DNA of 64,000 bases. Source: Octopus sinensis (taxonomy: Eukaryota). Under the pieces are notes generated by a model. The model made no database searches. It was not told where the DNA came from and was given only the letters and a program-made list of their open reading frames with translations. Numbering within the stretch: position 1 is the stretch's first letter; the number at the start of each line of letters is the position of its first letter. Both the position numbers and the translations under genes were made by a program. The stretch lies in the NCBI RefSeq assembly GCF_006345805.1, contig NC_043017.1, positions 20,708,001 to 20,772,000 on the forward strand. The letters are read 5' to 3'. This document shows, piece by piece, positions 49,832 through 63,709 of the stretch.

Positions 49832-50204
49832 AGTGCAAAACCAAAATTATTCCGTGAAGAAAATTTTGAGATTTTTAGCTGATAATTTGAACTATAGTAA
49901 GGAAATGTCAATATTTATTGAAATTCTATGCATGTGAGCTTTTTTTTGTAAAAGAGAAAATATTTTTCTTTTTCATTGAAAGCAACAGTTACCAATTTTG
50001 AGTGTTATAATATTTACTTATATAATATTTTGTGTTGTGAAGATAAGTGATATAAACATATATATATACACACACATATACAAGATAATTTAACAGATGT
50101 AGACTATATCAATAATATATTTTACATAGTAGAAGCATTATCTAGTACTGAACTCAATACATTGGATAGAGTAGACACGTTCTATTTTCTCTCCATTTTT
50201 TGCT

Positions 50205-50370
50205 TCTCCCCATCTGTTTTTTTTTCTCTCCTCATTTCTTTCTGTAGAAGAGCATAGGTTTGAAACATCAAAAACTCTTTCCTTTTTCCCTGAGCGTCAA
50301 ACTGATCTCTGACTTGTTTGCTGCTCCCTCACCTGCCTCTGTCTTTTGTTTTTTGGACAAATTTTGAACT
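50205..50370 (+). mobile_element. Family P1 copy, decayed
   Basis: CTTT-CTGTAGAAGAGCATAGGTTTGAAACATCAAAA...CCTGAGCGT... Confidence 0.5.
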
Positions 50371-50769
50371 ATATATATATACATGAATAATGTAAAGATG
50401 CATGGCTTAGAGGTTAGCATATTTAACTCATGATTGTAAGGTGTTGTGTTCGATACCTAGTGGTATTTTGAGACACTTTATTTCACAATCTCCCAGTAAA
50501 CTCAGCTGGAAGAAAAATGGGTTGTATCTGTATTTCAAAGGGGCCAGTTTTGTCACTTTTTGTATCATGCCGAATCACCCCGAGAACTAAGTTTGGGGAA
50601 CACATGTCCGTGGAGTACTCAACCACTTGCATATTAATTAATTTCATGTGTAGGATGTTCCACTGCTTGGATCAACTGGAACAATTATCATCATAACCGA
50701 TGGAGTGCAACACACACACACATATATATATATATTCTTTTATTCTTCCATATGTTTATATATATATAA

Positions 50770-50921
50770 ACACCCAGTAAGGGGCTTCATGGATGATATC
50801 ATGGTGATAGCTACAATCCACGTGGAGGCAGAAAGGGTGCTGACTTTACTTGAAGACATGGCAACAAGGGTTGGAATGAAGTTTAAGCCCAAAGAATCTA
50901 GAAGCATGGTGATCAGGAGGG
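50770..50921 (+). pseudogene. R2/NeSL-like RT fragment
   Basis: HPVRGFMDDIMV...LEDMATRVGMKFKPKESRSMVIRR: the FMDD catalytic motif followed by an M.FKP.KSRS-like motif. AT microsatellite flanks it. Confidence 0.65.
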
Positions 50922-51017
50922 AGATATATATGTATGTATATGTATATGCGTGTATGTATGTATATGTATGTGTGTGTGCATATAATATATATATATATTA
51001 TTTATTATTATTATTAT

Positions 51018-51045
<28 letters not shown>

Positions 51046-51048
<3 letters not shown>

Positions 51049-51176
51049 ATCAGCCAAAATTGCGAAGATGATCTGGTTCTTGACTGATGACTGAGAGCTT
51101 CGAAAGTCCCGTCTGTGTGTTTTTTTGTCGTCTTCTAAATGTTTCCCGTTCTTGTCCCAGTTTGTGTTTTTTTAAC

Positions 51177-51181
<5 letters not shown>
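51046..51181 (+). mobile_element. Short TA-embedded repeat, homologous to 63100-63200
   Basis: AATCAGC...GATGATC..GTTCTTGACTGA...AGCTTCGAA...CCCGTC is shared with 63105-63150. TA runs on both sides. Confidence 0.5.
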
Positions 51182-51215
<34 letters not shown>

Positions 51216-51869
51216 CGATGGGTTTCTTTCAGTTTCTGCCTACCAAATTCACTCCGAAGGCTTTTGTCTTCCTAAAATTCTAGTAGAAGACACTCGCCCA
51301 AATTGCCATGCAGTGGGACTGAACCTGGAACCACACGGTGGTTGGGATGCAAGCTTCTTACCACATGGCCACTCATGTGCCTATATATTTTAAGTAACTT
51401 GTAAAGTACAATGCCCCTCGGCCACCCACAGCTACCTCCTCACACACCAAGAACAAGCAACTAACAGACAACATATATTCACTTTTTAGCTGGTTTCCAT
51501 GTTCAATATTTCTTCTCATTGACTCATGTTTTAAAAAATACAAAAAAAAAATACAATAAAGAAATACACACAAACAAATAAATTACAAATGAAACAAAAC
51601 AAAAGAGCGGTGGTTGTGGTGGTGGTGGTGGTGGTGGGGGTGGTGCTGTGGAAACCTTCCTTCGGAGTTTCAAATCAGTCCCAATCACCCTACCAAAATA
51701 CATAATAAGGTGTTTTAAAATTAGAGCCTTCAGAAAATTCCTCTTTGATTCGACGTTCTCCATTCCCAATACAATTCTATTTTTTTTTTCCAACCAAAGC
51801 AGGGGTTTAAATTTCTTACTTTGTTGTCAATTAGCTGAACATCGTTTAGTTCTTTTGTCTTTCGTTACT

Positions 51870-52145
51870 TCTTTTTCTTCATCATCATCATCATCGTCAT
51901 CATCATCGTCGTCATCATCATTATCGCCATCATCATCATCATCATCGTCATCATCGTCATCATCATCATCATCATCATTGCCATCATCATCATCCTCATC
52001 ATCATTATCATCATCATCATCATCATTGCTATCACCATCCACATCATCATCATTCCTATCATCACCATCACCACAATCATCATCATTGCCGTTATCATCG
52101 TCGTCGTTGTCATCATCATCGTTATTATTATTATCATTTGATTAT
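51870..52145. repeat. (ATC)n microsatellite
   Basis: Direct reading. Confidence 0.9.
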
Positions 52146-52642
52146 AATTTTTTGCCGTGTTTTGTATATATTTAATATTCCATTCTTTCACCACCCTTAT
52201 TACCAACATCAACATCATCATCACCATCTTTATAATTTTCTTCGTTTTTATTTTGTTTTTTTTCCCCCCTACCACAGAATGTTCTTCTCTTCTTTATTGT
52301 ACCATTCCTTATTTTAATTTAATACCAATATCACTATTATTATAATACATATGTGTGTGTATGTGTCTGTGTATGTGTGTGTGTGTGTGTGTGTGTACTT
52401 TAGTAAATACCTCTTCAAAAAAGAAGAACCTCATTTTAAGGTTAAATGCTCAATTACAAGCGTGGAAATACGTGTTTATTTAGATGATGACATCATCCAA
52501 ATTATACTCACACACACTCATACACATACATACACACACACACACACGTGTGATGGGCTTATTTTAGTTTCCCCTCTACCGAATGAACTCACAAAGTTTT
52601 GGCCGGCTTGAAGCTGTACTAAAAAGGTACCACTTAGATGAC

Positions 52643-52673
<31 letters not shown>

Positions 52674-52867
52674 CTGACATGGGTTGGATGGTTTTGACAG
52701 GAGCTGGCAAGCAGGAGCTGGCAAGCAGGAGAACTGCATCAGGATCCAGTCTGTTTCCGCTTGGTTTCTGTGGTTGGATGCCAACACCAGTTGTCAAGCA
52801 GTGATGGGGAGACAAACACAGACACAAAGACACACACACACGTGTGTGTGTGTGTGCATATATATAT

Positions 52868-53390
52868 ATCATCATCATCATCATCATCGTTTAGCGTCCG
52901 CTCTCCATGCTAGCATGGGTTGGACGGTTCAACTGGGATCTGGGAAGCAGAAGGCTGCACCAGGCCCAGTCTGATCTGGCAGTGTTTCTACAGCTGGATG
53001 CCCTTCCTAACGCCAACCACTCCGTGAGTGTAGTGGGTGCTTTTTACGTGCCACCAGCACAGGTGCCAGACGAGGCTGGCAAACAGCCACGATCGGATGG
53101 TGCTTTCTATGTGTCACCGGCACGGGGGCTGGACGAAGATGGCAATGGTGCTTTTTACGTGCCACGGCACGGAGGCCAGTTGGGCGACGCTGGCTACGGC
53201 CACGTTCGGATGGTTCTCTTAAGTGCCACCGACACTGGTATCATAGCTACAAATTCCATTGATGTTGATAGATTACGATTTTGATTTTGATTTTCACTTG
53301 CCTCAACAGGTCTTCACAAGTGGAGTTTTGTATCCCAAGAAGAAAGGAATGCTTAAGTGGGCTGGCTACATCCCAGGTATAGGCCACAGG
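52868..53390 (-). mobile_element. Repeat family S3
   Basis: Reverse-complement S3 with an (ATC)n tail at 52868. Other S3 3' ends lie at about 7604-7830 and 57680-57935. Confidence 0.8.
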
Positions 53391-54177
53391 ATTATATATA
53401 CATAATTACATATATCCAACAGGCTTCTTTTCAGTTTCCATCTACAAAATCGACTCACCAGGCTTAAGTCGGCTTGAGGTCATCGTAGAAGACACTTGCC
53501 CAAAGTGCCATGCAGAGGGACTGAACCTGCAACCAAGTGGTTGGGAAGCAAGCTTCTTACCACACAGGAAAAACACAGGTTATGTTATGGACTTCATTGG
53601 CTTACAGCTGTTTCTGCTATCAGATGCAATGGTCCCTTAGCTGAGTGTCTGGAGAATATCCTACAACTGCATCGGAACCTCGAATATGAAGTGTAATTTA
53701 TTCGTGAAAAGCGAATTACATTTTTGGAATGCACAGGGAAAGGCATTCCCAGTGAGAAAGCCATTGCTGATGTATATGGGAAAGTGTTGGTTTTCCTTTG
53801 GTTTCAGTGACAAAGGATCAATTGCTGGATCAACTGCACCATGGGCTCATTTAATTGTGTGTGAGCCAATTAAATGAGTTGACCATTCCACAAACATATG
53901 TACCCTGAACACTACCCAATGCATTACAAGGTGCAACAGTGCATAACATAAAGGGATTCTACACAGTTTTCCTCTTCTCCAGTACCACCCACAAGTTATA
54001 AGTCAACCCAAGGCAACAGAAATGACAATTGGCCAAAATGCCATGCTGTGGGACAGAACCTGATACCTCGATGTTGTGGAGCAAACCTCTTAACTATTTG
54101 TCCGTATTCCACATCACACACACACACACACCTGTGTATTAGATGAAATATGGACAAATATTTAAGCTTTATATCTA

Positions 54178-54221
54178 GTCTATCTATCTATCTATCTATC
54201 TGTCTATCTATCTGTCCATCC

Positions 54222-54287
<66 letters not shown>

Positions 54288-54547
54288 ATCTATCTATCTA
54301 GCTATCTATCTATATCTATGTATCTATCTATCTGTCTGTCTATCTGTCTGTCAACCTATCTATTCATCTTTGTACAAACGTATGTATGTATGTATATATC
54401 TATCTGTCTGTCTATCAGTCTGTCAGTCAATCTATCTATCTATCTAGCTAGCTAGCTAGCTGTCTGTCTGTCTGTGTGTCTGTCTATCTCTGCAAGGCAC
54501 CATACATATGGCTGCATGTTTGTATTTATAGAGATACATGTACATAC

Positions 54548-54578
<31 letters not shown>

Positions 54579-55061
54579 ACATGCACATACACACATATAC
54601 TTCAACAGAGACATGCATGCACATGCATACACACACATATATACATATACAATTGCACACACACACACACACACACACACACGTACATATAGGTGCCTTT
54701 TCCTTGTCATCTCTTGCTTCATTTCCTCTCTAACAAACAACTTTATAAATATCAAAGACTTTGTTCACCATCCAAGCTGTAATAATCCATTGTGTAACAG
54801 GATGGCTCACACCCAGCCACTTCTTGTTACTGTCACACTCCCCACCCACCCGAAAACAGGAGAATAGAGCGAATGGGGGGGGATGAAAAGTGGAGGGGGG
54901 AAACATGATATACTGATACAAGTGATGCAATAATAATAATAATAAAAATGATAATAATAATAATAATAGTAATAATAATAATAACAACAATGTTAGCAAA
55001 TAGTAATAATAGTAATAATAATAACAACAACAATACTAACAACAATAATAACAGTAATAAC

Positions 55062-55120
<59 letters not shown>

Positions 55121-55245
55121 TAATAATGATTATAATAATAATAATGATAATAATAATAATGATAATAATAATGATAATGATAACAACAATAATAACAATA
55201 ATAGTAATGATAATAAAAATAATAATGATAATAATAATAATAGTC
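54178..55245. repeat. (TCTA)n 54178-54480 and (AAT)n 54940-55245
   Basis: Direct reading. Confidence 0.9.
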
Positions 55246-56439
55246 ATCTCTTTACAATCACAACACGGTGACTTAGGTCTTTGCATTGTAATTTCATGTC
55301 CGCTTCTCTCTCTGTCTCTCTCTCTTCCTCTCTGTTATGTGTGCGTATGTGTGAATAAACATGTATATGCATATGTGTGTGTGTATATATATGTATGTGT
55401 TTATATGTGTGTATTTTGTGTGTGTGAATGTACACGACTGCCACAAGCGCATATCTAGATATATATGGATATGCATGTGTGTTGTATATATACATACACA
55501 TATGTATATATATATATATTTACATACACATATGTATATATATATATATATATATACATACCGATACTAAATACATACATATGTCTATAGTGCATTTGCA
55601 GAAGAAAGAACAAGATAGAATGACAGGAAGAAGGAGGGGGAAGTGGGGGAGGGGCATTTTTCTATCCCCGAACCCTTGTTTCACACCTAATCAAATGTGA
55701 ATTTTTTTCTTCTTTTTTCTTCTTCACAGCCCCTTCTTTTTCCCTCCACTCATGTGGGGTTTTGGGTGGTTGGGGGGAGGGGGACACATTTCGCTTGACG
55801 CCACCACCGCCGCCTCCTCCTCCATCATGAATCCTTCCTGTAAAACTAAACCCTGTTATATTTATTTCTTCTCTCAGCGCAGCCCCTCCCCTCGTTTCTA
55901 TATCTTTTGTTAATAAAATAAGAAAAACTGGTAAGACACCAGATCTGTTGGAAGAAGGAGAACAACAATGGCAACAGCAACAACAACAGCAATAACAACT
56001 AATAATGTACACGAAAACATCAACAATGAAAACACAAATATAAAAAAAAAAGGGGACAAAAAAAAATAGCAAGGAAATTAGAAAGAACGAAAACCATGAT
56101 AACCCAAGCCGAACTTATCCACCAAGAGCAAGAAAACAACAAGAAAAAGACAAATTTGAAGCCGACAAACCCCCTCCGAAAAAGAATGACAAACTGATGA
56201 CAATAACAACGACAACAACAACAAAAAGACCACCTTAATAACATCAAGAAGAAAAGAGAAAGGGTACAAAAAGAAAAAGAAAAAGAAAAAGAAAGAAAAG
56301 AAAGGGAAGCAAAACTGCAACAACCAACAATCAGAGTTTCTGCAATCACCATCATGCGCTACCTCCTTCACCACTATTGCCACAATTACCACCTCAACTG
56401 CTTGTACCTATACTGTAGTCATTGTTGTTACCAACTACA

Positions 56440-56910
56440 GTATTAACACAACTACCACCATCACCACCACCACCACCACCACCACCACCACTACTACCTC
56501 TACTGTAGCCAGGACTATTAGTGTCAAACCTACTACTGCAAATATCACGACCACCACCATCACCATCACCACAACCACCATCATCAACAACCGCATCCAC
56601 TACCATCGCCACCACCACCACCACCACCACCACAACAACAACAACCACCAAACTACAATTAGCTTCATGACCATCACCACGGCTACAACCTACACTGTTG
56701 TCGCCTCTGTTACTAGCAAACGCTGCTACCACTGCAACTACTACCACCACCACCACCACCACCACTACGACCACCGCTGCCACCACCACTGCCACCACAT
56801 ACCACCATTATCTTCATGACCACCCTGAAACAACCACCACCACCACCACCACCATCATCACCAACACTACCCCCAACACAATCACCATTGTCCCCACCAC
56901 CACCACCTGA
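56440..56910. repeat. (ACC)-rich low-complexity tract
   Basis: Direct reading. Confidence 0.85.
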
Positions 56911-58526
56911 CCCCCCCCCCCCTTACCAACCTCATTACCAAAATACTGTTACATAAAGCACTACAACAAATGAATAAATATGATCAGAAATCATAATTCT
57001 CTTGAAGAATACATTTTTATTTAGTTTTCTCATTTTATTTATATATTTATTTAATCTTTTGTTACCCCCATCCACCCCACCCCACCCCTGCTGCCACAAC
57101 TGTTTTCGTTTCTGTACCATTTTTTTTGTTTTGTTTTTGTTTTGTTTTTTCATCCTTGATTTCCTTCTTCAGTATAAAGAATTCTTTGAAGTGGCTTGTC
57201 ATCACTCTATAGTATATAACAAGTAGCAGGAATAGAAGGAATCCACCCAACAATTGCAAGTTTTTTGGAATAATTCCGAAAAAAATGAAAAGAAAAATCG
57301 CATCCCCCCCCCACCACCACCACTCTACAGTGCTCCTCCAATTTTATGAAATTATCCCAAGAAAAGGCAACTGTTGTAGAATTTGTCTGCGACAACTATG
57401 GCAACCGTAAAGAGTTTGGTATTACCTTGTAATACCATGCAGGATGCATGACTGTGTGTTCGTTGTGCATGTGTGTGTGAGTGTGTGTGTGTGTGTGTGT
57501 TGTTAGTTGTCTGTATGTAGTGGTGTATCTGGGCGCACACACATACACAGACACACATACACAAACACACACACACACACACTAAACAGACACATGTATA
57601 CCCACAAACATATGGACTGAAGCAAGCATAGTAGCTCAAATATCAATTTATACACACACACACACACGCATATATCATCGTCGTCGTCATCATCATCATC
57701 ATCATCATCATCATCTCTAGCGTCCATTTCCCTGCTGGCATGGGTTAGACAGTTTGACTGGAACTGGTAAACCAGAGAGCTGCACCAGGTACCAATCTGT
57801 TTTGGTTTGATTTCTATGGCTGGATGTCCTTCCTAATGCCTTCCACTCCAAGTGTGTAGTGGGTGCCTCTATGAGTCACAGGCGCAGGTGCCTTTTTGTA
57901 TGACACTGGCACAGGCCATGACTACAATTTCACTGTATAAAACCCTCTATATATTTGTGTGTATGCATGCATGTGTGTGTGTGTATGCAGAAGCATGTAA
58001 CTATGAATGTTGATAATTTGCATGGAGCCACAAAATGACTTTTGTTGGCTTCTCCTAAAAACAAGTAATGGTTGATAACAGGTATGTGTGTGAGTGTGTG
58101 TGTGGTGTGTATAGATATGTGGCATGTTTTAACAATTGCGAAGTTCTTTTCGCATGAAACCATTGGTTACCTTGTTAATGCACAAACAAAGTATATATAT
58201 GGCTATGACTTTAAACTGCATCCATATGTGGGGCACTGGTTCAGGAGTCTTTGAGGAATGTGGGTCCACATCTTAGCCATTATTTTTCCCAGGTCTATTA
58301 TGACATGTAATAGCAGCACCGGCCAAGGTCTGTCCCATCTATGGGTTAATTAGCAAATTAACATGCGACAGACTTGCCTCCATAAGAAAGTCACTCACAG
58401 ACACCCTATCAGACCCAAGGCATATGAGCCCTTTGTCTCCTTCAGCCCTTTGACTTGTCTTACTTCATACAGATCTTGCATCCTGGTAATTACTAAGATC
58501 GTGGAACACAAGTGCAAGTTTAAAGT

Positions 58527-58529
<3 letters not shown>

Positions 58530-58580
<51 letters not shown>

Positions 58581-58840
58581 AAGAGAGAAAGATAGAGAGA
58601 GAGAAAGAGAGCGACAGACAGACAGACAGAAAGAGAGAGAAAGAGAGAGAGAAAGACAGACAGAAAGAGAGGGAGAGAAAAGAGAGAGACAGAGAGACAG
58701 ACAGAGAGACAGACAGAAAGAGAGAGAGAGAAAAAAGGAGAGAGAGAGAAAGACAGACAGACTGAGAGAGAGAGAAAGAGAGAGAGAGAAAGATAAACAG
58801 AAAGAGAGAGAGAGAAAAAAGAGAGAGAGAGAGAGAGAGG
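58530..58840. repeat. (GA)/(GACA)n microsatellite
   Basis: Direct reading. Confidence 0.9.
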
Positions 58841-59069
58841 AGGACTGTCTCAAAACAGGTTGTTCAGCAAACCAAGAGACCAGCTCCAATGTCATTGCAC
58901 TTTCTCCATAAGTCCTGTAGTTATAGAAAAAGAAGCAACAGGGACAGGCAGCCGATGCTTTTGGAAGTCTTCAGCTTTGATCCTGCACACAGGAAGCCAT
59001 ATGAGCTAAGAGCGCCGTGTAGCTGTGTCTAGCTAAACCCCATTAATCAAAATGATGAGAGACTTACTT

Positions 59070-59628
59070 AACAAAATCAAAATCAAAATCGATCAACGTC
59101 AATGGAAATCATAGCTATGATACCAGTGCCTGTGGCACATAAGAGAACCATCCGAACATGGCCATTGCCAGCGCCACCCCGACTGCCTCCGTGCCAGTGG
59201 CACGTAAAAAGCACCATCTGATCATGGCTGTTGCCAGCCTCGCCTGGTCTCCGTGCCGGTGACACATAAAAAGCACCAGCCGATCGTGGCCGTTGCTAGC
59301 CTTGCCTGAGCTCCGTGCCGGTGGCACATAAAAAGCACCATCCGATCATGGCCGTTGCCAGCCTCGCCTGGCCCTCATGCAAGTGGCATGTAAAAAGCAC
59401 CATCCGATTGTGGCCGTTTGCCAGCATCGTCTGGCACCTGTGCCGGTGGCACGTAAAAAGCACCCACTACACTCATGGAATGGTTGGCGTTAGGAAGGGC
59501 ATCCAGCCGTAGAAACATTGCCAGATCAGACTGGGGACTGGTGCAGCCTTCTGGCTTCCCAGACCCCAGTTGAACCGTCCAACCCATGCCAGCATGGAAA
59601 GCGGACGCTAAACGATGATGATGATGAT
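59070..59628 (+). mobile_element. Repeat family S3 (RTE-like tail, (GAT)n end) with an internal ~62 bp tandem array
   Basis: The unit GTGCCGGTGGCACGTAAAAAGCACC... occurs five times plus a partial. The 3' end is AACCCATGCCAGCATGGAAAGCGGACG.TAAACGATGATGAT. Confidence 0.8.
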
Positions 59629-60284
59629 GTGCATGCTTTCACACATGCATCTATACAAACTTACCTGAAGACGAGCACTTTAATGCTGTCATATGCATAC
59701 ACACCATTATACGCAGAGACACACGCACAAACAAACACACACAGATGCCCACACAAGCAGACACACACAGACACACACACACACTCACACATTTGGCTAT
59801 TAAATTTCACTCATAAAATATTGGTTATCTCAAGGTTAGAATAGAGGACATTTGTCCAAGGAGCAACAGGCTGTGTCATTGAAATTATGACCGTCTTGTG
59901 GTGAAGTGGCACTCGTTAACTTTGTATAAATCAATATATACATACGTCTTTAAGTGTGTGTGTGTGTGTGTGTGGTGTGTGTGTGTGTGTATACATATGT
60001 TGAATGTACAGGAATACGGATTTATACATTTGTCTGAATATAGTCATGTATAAGTACACACACACAGATGCATACATACACACACACACCACACATGCAC
60101 ACACATATACATACATATATTCACACATCTAAATGTATTAGTATATATGCATGTATATATATATATATATATGGTGTGTGTGTGTGATATATATATATAT
60201 AGTCATATATATAGTCATGTGTATAATATAGTTATGTATAAGTACACACACAGATGCATACAGACACACACACACACATATATA

Positions 60285-62182
60285 TATACATGCATATATA
60301 CACACATCTAAATATATTAGTATTGAGACATAACCCCATATATATAGTAATTATAGATATATATATATATATATATACGTGTGAGTATATATATGTGTGT
60401 GTATATATGTGTGTGTATATATGTATATCAATATAATATATATATGTCTATTTTTGTGTATGTTTGTACTATATATATATTGTGTATATATATATGTATA
60501 CGCACATATATATCTTTATTCATATATATACATATATGCACGTATATATATGTGTATATATATATATGTATATACACACATGTATGTGTGTTTATGATGA
60601 CTCAGACTAAAAGGTATAGCTTTGTAATGTGTATAGCTGTGCGTATGCATAAGTCTGCGTGTTTGTGTGTGTGTGTTGTGTGGTATGCATGTTGCTTTTG
60701 TGTGAACATGTATATGTATGTGTATATGTGTGTATGTGTGTCTGTGGTGCGTTTTGAAGCAAACCTGGAGTTACTGACTCATTTGCCATCATATCAAATA
60801 TATTCCTAGTTTTAATAAGCGATGAGGGGTTTTGCTATGGAGATAACCAGCATCAATGTTTTGACAAGAAAATAGGATTTCATCTCAGATATCTGGACCA
60901 TTGCACCTGCAATCTATAATCAATGGGATAATCATAGAAAACAGTTGATTGCGAGAAATGTTTAAATATGCATTTGACAGTTTTCTCAACGATATACACA
61001 AACCGTAATCGCTTCGTGATCTGAGGCTGATGAAGTCTTTCTCTAAAACGACATGATGTGTTTCTTAATAATAAAGGGAGAACTAAAGCTGTTATTGTGG
61101 TATGATGGTTAAAAGGATATTTTTACTATTAAAGAATATATTATATGTAAATATATATGCATATATATATATATATAAAATGTGTGTAGTGGCTAACAAT
61201 CTATCATGGCATCTACTTAATATATATTATATATATATATATATATATATCTATATATATATATATATACATGCATATATACACACATCTAAATATATTA
61301 GTATTGAGACATAACCCACATATATATATGTATATATATATATATATATACGTGTGAGTATATATATGTGTGTGTATATATGTGTGTGTATATATGTATA
61401 TCAATATATATATATATGTATATTTTTGTGTATGTTTGTACATATATATATTTGTATATATATATGTATACGCACATATATATCTTTATTCATATATATA
61501 CATATATGCACGTATATATATGTGTATATATATATATGTATATACACACATGTATGTGTGTTTATGACTCAAGACTAAAAGGTATAGCTTTGTAATGTGT
61601 ATAGCTGTGCGTATGCATAAGTCTGCGTGTTTGTGTGTGTGTGTGTGTGTGTATGCATGTGCTTTTGTGTGAACATGTATATGTATGTGTATATGTGTGT
61701 ATGTGTGTCTGTGTGCGTTTGAAGCAAACCTGGAGTTACTGACTCATTTGCCATCATATCAAATATATTCCTATTTTTAAGCGATGAGGGGTTTTGCTAT
61801 GGAGATAACCAGCATCAATGTTTTGACAAGAAAATAGGATTTCATCTCAGATATCTGCACCATTGCACCAGCTGCAATCTAATATCAATGGGATAATCAA
61901 TAGAAAACAGTTGATTGCGAGAAATGTTTAAATATGCATTTGACAGTTTTCTCAACGATATACACAAACCGTAATCGCTTCGTGATCTGAGGCTGATGAA
62001 GTCTTTCTCTAAAACGAACATGATGTGTTTCTTAATAATAAAGAGGAGAACTAAAGCTGTTATTGTGGTATGATGGTTTAAAAGGATATTTTTACTATTA
62101 AAGAATATATATATGTAAATATATATGCATATATAATATATATATAAAATGTGTGTAGTGGCTAACAATCTATCATGGCATC

Positions 62183-62185
<3 letters not shown>
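60285..62185. repeat. Tandem duplication of a ~0.93 kb unit (60285-61216, 61266-62185)
   Basis: Unique-looking blocks (e.g. GCAAACCTGGAGTTACTGACTCATTTGCCATC) recur ~0.96 kb apart. Confidence 0.9.
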
Positions 62186-62217
<32 letters not shown>

Positions 62218-62462
62218 TATACTATATATATATATATATATACATATATATATTATATATATAGATATATATATATATATATATAGTAAATATATATATG
62301 TATATATATATGATATATATTATATATATATGTAAATATATATGTATATATATATATATATATATAGTAAATATATATGTATATATAATATATATATATA
62401 TATAATATAGATATGTTAAATATATATATATAGATATTATATATATATATATATATATATAT

Positions 62463-62660
62463 GTAGATGCCATGATAGATTGTTAGCCACTACACACATT
62501 TTTTTCTCTCCTTGTTTTCTGTGTCCCTTTCTGCAGAAGAGCATAGGCTTGAAATGTAAAAGACTTTTTCTATTCCTGAGCGTTATACTAATACATCTGT
62601 TTGTTTTGTACACCATCTGTCTTTGTCTTTTGTTTTTTTCATAAACTCTCCCTATATATT
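62463..62660 (+). mobile_element. Family P1 copy between TA runs
   Basis: GTGTCCCTTT-CTGCAGAAGAGCATAGGCTTGAAATGTAAAAGAC, followed by a body complementary to 46420-46500. Confidence 0.55.
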
Positions 62661-62870
62661 TCGTTTTTGGATTTGGTTTGCAAGATTCTTTATATGAGTT
62701 CGTGTGTTGAAGCATTTTCTGTTGTGTTTGGGGAGAGTCATTCTCTTTTAGTGCCTTATTATTTAACACACTCACCGGTAAAATTTCCACTTGTTTCTTA
62801 TTTTACCAGTGAGTGTGTTAAATAATAAGGCACTAAAAGAGAATGACTCTCCCCAGAAACAACAGAATCT
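62655..62870. mobile_element. Fold-back repeat (arms within 62717-62867), family P2
   Basis: Same arm sequence as 33271-33504 but a different turn point. (TA)n lies downstream. Confidence 0.7.
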
Positions 62871-63252
62871 CCCTATATATATATATATATATATATGAAG
62901 ACGCCTGTTGTTATGTCCTGTTATTATTATTGTTTATTTGTATTATTTTTGTATTTATATTCGTGTAACATCGTCCGTTTTTCCATCCTTGTTTCTTATA
63001 CATTCGATGCTTTTTTCCAAGGAATCTAATGCTCTTAGCTTAGTTTTTCCTTAGGGCTGGCCAGATTGGAGCAATCTCAAGATTAATCAGCTGAAATCAC
63101 GAGGATGATCCAGTTCTTGACTGAAAATTAAAAGCTTCGAATGACCCGTCCATGTTTTTTGTATTGTCTATCTGGATGTTTTGTCTTTTCATATCATCTA
63201 GTTGTCCGGATGTTTTGTGTTCTTGATGCATTTTGTATTTATATATATATAA

Positions 63253-63286
<34 letters not shown>

Positions 63287-63709
63287 CATGCAACAATATT
63301 TGAGATAAGTTCAATTCTAAGAAGTCACTCTGGTTATTATTATTATCATCATCATTATTATTTTTACTACTAATGTATACATATATAAATCTTATATGTA
63401 CATATATATGTGTGTCTGTGTGTATAAATCTAATATATATATTAATCAAAATAGTTTGCTCTGGCTGTGTGTAACAAAATTCCACTGGCTTCCAACAGAA
63501 ACTCAGCTCATTCAGGATTAGATAACTGGTTCAATTCTCTAATCCCGAATGAGTTAGGTTTCTGTTAGAGGCCTGTGAAACTTCAAGTCACATGGAACCG
63601 GATTATGGGACTTAATGTTTCAATCCTTATTATTTACAGTTGCAAAGAATAAAGTATGTAACTCCCATTAAATGTTCTGAGTGCTTTTTTCTTTCATTTG
63701 CCATTCACC

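Noticed and set aside
51080-51125. CTGATGA...GAAA hammerhead-like string
   Set aside because: Stems I-III do not pair, and the homologue at 63115-63150 lacks both core motifs.
53630-53810. Semi-open frames resembling a decayed transposase or exon
   Set aside because: Needs a frameshift and has no diagnostic motif.
61020-61070. CTGATGA followed by AAAACG (also duplicated near 61990)
   Set aside because: No GAAA and no convincing stems.
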